A DNA stretch of 64,000 nt, from contig OX597828.1 in assembly GCA_951406725.2 (NCBI GenBank), forward strand, positions 62,434,001 through 62,498,000. Reading direction: 5' to 3'. Source of the stretch: Octopus vulgaris. Lineage: Eukaryota. The translations under genes were made by a program, and so were the position numbers. This document shows, piece by piece, positions 63,753 through 64,000 of this stretch; position 1 is the first letter of the stretch, and each line of letters starts with the position of its first letter. The notes beneath the pieces are model-generated. The model was not told where the DNA came from. It saw only the letters and a list, made by a program, of their open reading frames with translations, and ran no database searches.

Positions 63753-63954
63753 CGGAGATGTACTCGCATAGCAAGTAATTTGATCTGAGATCGTGTGCTG
63801 AAACAAAAACAATTGCAGCGTGGAAGGTGTTTATAAGCCATTTAAGAAACACACAAAAGCCGTTCGATTCACTTCAACATTTAAGTTTAATTTGTCAAAA
63901 TATTTTCGTTGCTAAAATCCACGACCTGTTCACTGACAAAGTCCGTGCTGCATC
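63751..63954 (-). mobile_element. Short Penelope-like terminal element embedded in (TA)n on both sides
   Basis: About 200 bp of CpG-containing sequence between two TA arrays, carrying a hammerhead fold. Confidence 0.65.
63891..63940 (-). ncRNA. Minimal type I hammerhead ribozyme variant with G3-C8 core
   Basis: Minus strand reads TTTGTCA GTGAACA G GTCGT GGATTTTA GCAAC GAAA ATAT TT TGACAAA: 7-bp helix I, 4 of 5 pairs in helix II, palindromic AATATT. Confidence 0.7.
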
Positions 63955-63961
63955 TATATAT

Positions 63962-64000
<39 letters not shown>

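Overview
AT-rich, microsatellite-saturated animal genomic DNA, intronic or intergenic. The repeat content (several tRNA-headed SINE families, RTE 3' ends with (GAT)n tails, dense TA/CA arrays) points to an octopod cephalopod; this is my recognition, not a database result. I cannot confidently identify any intact host gene, and nearly all ORFs in the track are microsatellite artefacts. The recognisable protein remnants all come from transposons: two R4/Dong-type non-LTR retrotransposons, a Penelope-like GIY-YIG endonuclease, RTE fragments, and Tc1, mariner and maT transposases. There are also two Helitron-type elements and several MITEs. The most interesting signal is a set of short elements that run into (TA)n arrays and carry minimal type I hammerhead ribozyme folds with non-canonical cores. 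One has a compensatory G3-C8 swap (63891-63940) and three have an A6U core (19147, 20829, 55533). Two weaker motifs have the core boxes in permuted order (3595, 35814). Other candidates are a 27-nt minus-strand microexon between two long inverted repeats and a hairpin-bearing insertion flanked by a target-site duplication (TSD). Most repeat boundaries are approximate.
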